Below, in pieces: positions 60,495 to 64,000 of a DNA stretch of 64,000 nt. Source of the DNA: an uncultured Actinomycetota bacterium. GTDB lineage: Bacteria; Actinomycetota; Actinomycetes; Propionibacteriales; Nocardioidaceae. Positions within the stretch are counted from its first letter, which is position 1. The number at the start of each line of letters is the position of its first letter. The stretch covers positions 3,105 through 67,104 of the forward strand of contig CAWFOH010000010.1 in assembly GCA_963817425.1 (NCBI GenBank), given 5' to 3'. The translations under genes and the position numbers were made by a program. Under the pieces are notes generated by a model, which saw only the letters and a list, made by a program, of their open reading frames with translations, searched no databases and was not told the DNA's origin.

Positions 60495-62019
60495 GTGGTG
60501 CGCAACGACTGGTCAGGTCAGACGTTTCCCCACCCGCCTGGCCGCAAGCCGATCGTGGGCGACGTGCTGGGCGCGGAGCTCCAGACACCGTTGCAGAGCA
60601 CGATGCGGCGAGCCGAGGGCCTCGGCCCGATCTTCGAGCTGCAGGTCTTCGACCAGAAGTTCGTGTTCGTGACCGGGGCGGCGCTCGCGGCCGAGCTGTG
60701 CTGACGAGTCGCGCTTCGTCAAGGGTCTGTCGCCGGCGCTGGTCGCGCTGCGTGACTTCGCCGGGCAGGGCCTCTTCACGGCATACAACGACGAGACCAA
60801 CTGGGCGTTGGCGCACGACCTGCTGCGGCCGGCGTTCACCAAGGCCGCGATGCAGCGCTATCACCCCGTCATGCTGGCGGCGGCGCAGGAGCTGTTCGAC
60901 GTGTGGGACGGCCGTGAGGGTCCGGTCGACGTCTCGGCAGACATGACGAAGCTGACGATGGAGACCATCAGTCGTACGGCCTTCAGCACCGACTTCGGGT
61001 CGTTCAGCCGGACCGAGCCGCACCCCTTCATCCCGGCGATGATCGCGGCGCTCCAGGCCGGCCAGCGCAAGGGGTCGCTCAACGCGATGCCGGGCGCGGG
61101 GTTGATGGCCAGGCGGATCGACAAGAAGAACGCGCACCACCAGGCGTACGTCGACTCGCTCCTCGACGGCATCATCGCCGAGCGGCGCCGCGCGGGGACT
61201 GTCGACGAGAGTGACCTGCTCGGCATCATGCTGCACACGCCGCACCCCGAGACGGGGCAGCGGCTCGATGACCTCAACATCCGGCACCAGATCCTGACGT
61301 TCCTGGTGGCTGGGCACGAGACGACGTCGGGTGCGCTGTCGTTCGCGCTCTACTACCTGTCGCGGGACCCCGCGGTCCTCGCCAAGGCGCAGGCGGAGGT
61401 CGACCAGGTGCTGGGTCCAGACCGTGATGCCGAGCCGACGTTCGAGCAGGTGGCGAAGTTCCGCTACCTGCGCCGAGTGCTCGACGAGGGCCTGCGGCTG
61501 TGGCCCACCGCGCCGGCATTCACCCGCAGCCCGCGCGAGACCACGGTGCTCAGCACGGGGCACACGATGCGGCCGGAGGACTGGGCGATCGTGATCCTCC
61601 CGATGATGCATCGCGACCCTGCGGTCTGGGGTGACGATGCGGACGAGTTCGACCCGGACCGGTTCCTGCCCGAGAACTCCCGAGGCCGACAGCCGCACTC
61701 CTACAAGCCGTTCGGCACGGGGGAGCGGTCATGCATCGGCCGCCAGTTCGCGCTGCACGAGGCGATCCTGGTGCTGGCCCGCCTGTTGCACCGCTACGAC
61801 ATCGCCGGCGATCCCGGCTACGAGCTCGAGATCGCCGAGCGCCTCACACTGATGCCCAAGGGGTTCGAGCTGACGATCCACCCGCGTACGCCGGTGGCGC
61901 GGGCCCATGCCGAGGCGGCGGATCAGGCCGAGCCGAGCGAGGTGTGCCCGGTGTCGTCGATCGACCAGCCCGGGTTCCAGGCGACTTCCCAGGGATGCCC
62001 GTCCGGATCGGCGAAGTAG
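60495..62019 (+). CDS. Cytochrome P450, CYP102-like heme domain only (frameshift at ~60702)
   Basis: GLFTA, AGHETT, EGLRLWP, FDPDRF, PFGTGERSCIG; one extra T in TGC-T-GAC. Confidence 0.9.
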
Positions 62020-62351
62020 CCGGAATAGCCACCCCACGGCTGCTCCTCGCCGGGCTTGAGGATCGTGCCGCCGGCGGCTTCGGCCTGGGCAAGGACCTCG
62101 TCGACCTCGTCGTGGACTCGGGTGTTGAAGGCGATGCTGATGCCGCTGAAGGCGGCCCCCGTGTCGGTGACCTTGGCGTCCGCGGCGAGGTCCGCGCGGG
62201 TCCAGAGGGCGAGCACCAAGCCGTTGAGCTGGTAGAACGCGACCTCGTCCTCCGGATTGTCCTTGGACCAGCCGAGGCCGTCCTCGTAGAAGTGGCGTGC
62301 CTGTGCGAGATCAGCGACGCCGAGCGTGATCAGGCTGAGTCGTTGTTCCAT
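61923..62351 (-). CDS. VOC/glyoxalase-family protein
   Basis: ITLGVADL..ARHFY, WGGYSGYFADPDGHPWEVAWNP. Confidence 0.9.
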   Translation of the reverse strand: MEQRLSLITLGVADLAQARHFYEDGLGWSKDNPEDEVAFYQLNGLVLALWTRADLAADAKVTDTGAAFSGISIAFNTRVHDEVDEVLAQAEAAGGTILKPGEEQPWGGYSGYFADPDGHPWEVAWNPGWSIDDTGHTSLGSA

Positions 62352-62365
62352 GCCGACCACGCTAA

Positions 62366-62396
62366 CGCCGGGCCCTGGCATGCGCAGGGCCCGGCG
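62366..62396. terminator. Hairpin after quinone oxidoreductase gene
   Basis: CGCCGGGCCCTG...CAGGGCCCGGCG. Confidence 0.55.
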
Positions 62397-62402
62397 GAGG
62401 CG

Positions 62403-63254
62403 TCAGGCCAGCGTGCGGAGCGTCTCGACGATCGGCGTCGTGGGCCGACCGATCAGCGAGCTCAGGTCGCCGGTCGCGAGCTCGAGGTCGCCCAGCTTGA
62501 TCCCCGAGTCGACACCCACGATGAAGCCGATGAGGCCGGCATCGAGCCCAGCAGAGGTGAGGATCGCCGACTGCTCGTCGGGCGAGACGTTGGCGACCTC
62601 GACCGGCTTGCCGACAACCTCGGCGAGCGCGTCGGCCAGGTCGCTGTGGGTCCAGGCGACGTCGCCGGCCAGCTCGTACACCTGCTTGACCGGGCCATCG
62701 GTCGTGAGGACGACCGCGGCGGCCTCGGCGAAGTCCTGGCGTGAGGCGCTGGCGACGCGACCGTCGCCGGCGCTGGTCAGGACCGAGCCGGTTGCGGCGG
62801 CCGTCTCGACGCTCGAGGCGTAGTTCTCGGTGTACCAGTTGTTGCGCAGCAGCACGTGGTTCACGTCGGTCGAGGCGAGGTACTGCTCGGTCGCGAGGTG
62901 CTCCGGCGCGACCGGAAGCGTCGAGGTGTCGGCCTGGGGCGCGCTCGTGTAGACGATGCGCGAGACGTCGTTGGCGATGGCGGCGTCGATGACGTTGCGG
63001 TGCTGGTCTGCGCGCTTGCCGAACTCGTTGCCCGAGATCAGGAGCACCTGGTCGATGCCGGCCAGTGCCTCGCTGAGGGCGGCCGGGTCGTCGTAGCTCG
63101 CAATGCGTACGCCGACGCCCTTGGCGGCGAGCGCCTCGGCCTTGGCGGCATCGCGGGCGATCGCGACGATCTGGTCGGGGGAGGTGCGCTCGAGCAGTGC
63201 GTCGACGACGAGGGTGCCCAGCTGCCCGGTGGCGGCGGTGACGGCGATGGTCAT
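62403..63254 (-). CDS. NAD(P)H:quinone oxidoreductase (QorB/YtfG-like)
   Basis: AATGQLG, VLLIS, LRNNWYTEN, SRQDFAEAAA. Confidence 0.88.
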   Translation of the reverse strand: MTIAVTAATGQLGTLVVDALLERTSPDQIVAIARDAAKAEALAAKGVGVRIASYDDPAALSEALAGIDQVLLISGNEFGKRADQHRNVIDAAIANDVSRIVYTSAPQADTSTLPVAPEHLATEQYLASTDVNHVLLRNNWYTENYASSVETAAATGSVLTSAGDGRVASASRQDFAEAAAVVLTTDGPVKQVYELAGDVAWTHSDLADALAEVVGKPVEVANVSPDEQSAILTSAGLDAGLIGFIVGVDSGIKLGDLELATGDLSSLIGRPTTPIVETLRTLA

Positions 63255-63366
63255 GGATGGTTCCTTCCGGTTGGCGGTGCTCTCGAACGTACACTAACCA
63301 AACGAAAGCGCAAACTCTGGGTTAGTACTAACGAAGTGCTAGCATGAGCCAACAGGAGGACGCACC

Positions 63367-63732
63367 ATGGCTCAGGATCCGAGACGACCGTTCGACGTGT
63401 TCAGCGGCGCATGCCCGTCACGCGAGGTGCTCGAGCACGTCACGAGCAGGTGGGGCTCGCTGACTCTGGCGGCGCTCAGCCCGGAGCCCGCGCGGTTCGG
63501 TGAGCTCCGCCGCTGTGTCGACGGCGTGAGCGACAAGATGCTGTCGCAGACCCTGAAGGCCCTCGAGGCCGACGGCCTGGTCGAGCGGCACGTCCAGTCG
63601 ACGTTGCCGCCTCACGTCGACTACCGCCTGACGCCCAATGGCGAGAAGGTCGCCGAGGCCGTGAAGTCGCTGATCCTGGCGCTCTACGGCGTCATGCCCG
63701 ACGTCATGAAGACCCGCGCGCAGTCGGCCTGA
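63367..63732 (+). CDS. HxlR-family regulator (QorR/YtfH-like)
   Basis: CPSR, RW, RFGEL, GVSDKMLSQTL, PPHVDY. Confidence 0.92.
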   Translation: MAQDPRRPFDVFSGACPSREVLEHVTSRWGSLTLAALSPEPARFGELRRCVDGVSDKMLSQTLKALEADGLVERHVQSTLPPHVDYRLTPNGEKVAEAVKSLILALYGVMPDVMKTRAQSA

Positions 63733-63771
63733 CCCCACTACTCTCGGGGCACGACGTCGAGAGGACCCAGC

Positions 63772-64000
63772 ATGGCCAGATTCGAGATCCGGGGGTCGCG
63801 GGCCCTCGTGACGGGGGCGACGGGAGGCATCGGGCAGGCCATCGCCCGTGCGCTGGCGGCCGAAGGTGCCGAGCTCGTCCTCACGGGCCGGCGGCTCGAC
63901 ATACTCGAACCGCTTGCGGCCGAGCTCGGTGCGACAGCGATCGCTGCGGACCTGTCGGAGCTCGATGAGGTCGGCCGTCTGCTGACCGAGGCCGGCGACA
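63772..64000 (+). CDS. Short-chain dehydrogenase/reductase (5' part, runs off window)
   Basis: [15 protein letters not shown] Rossmann motif. Confidence 0.85.
   Translation, partial: MARFEIRGSRALVTGATGGIGQAIARALAAEGAELVLTGRRLDILEPLAAELGATAIAADLSELDEVGRLLTEAGD

Noticed and set aside
1-64000. CRISPR arrays, transposases, prophage or defence genes
   Set aside because: No regularly spaced repeats or such protein motifs were recognised.

Overview
High-GC actinobacterial DNA (Nocardioidaceae/Aeromicrobium-like by gene style; this is inference). Four zones. (1) About 1.3-13.8 kb is a catabolic island: TctABC transporter, divergent LeuCD-like dehydratase and RraA/HMG-type aldolase under GntR, then a Leu/Phe/Val dehydrogenase and fused IorAB oxidoreductase under Lrp. 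It is bounded by a malic-enzyme remnant on the left and an att-like site with a tRNA 3' fragment on the right. (2) 14-16.8 kb is a mosaic of gene fragments. (3) 16.8-45.8 kb is a ~29 kb choline/glycine-betaine and C1 supercluster: purU, betBA, betaine ABC transporter, GcvT-family dehydrogenase with ETF, glyA, sdaA, a Rieske demethylase pair, folD and metF. It also holds a complete cobalamin-dependent demethylation module: non-pyrrolysine MttB-family enzyme, corrinoid protein, methyl-THF methyltransferase, ASKHA corrinoid activator and DUF1638. A tandem 17-bp palindrome recurs at four of its promoters. (4) 45.9-64 kb is mostly housekeeping/accessory genes, including a SoxR-type promoter before an ABC exporter and a reductase-less CYP102-like P450. 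Many genes carry single-base frameshifts that look like assembly errors. All calls rest on motif recognition by eye; no database searches were run.
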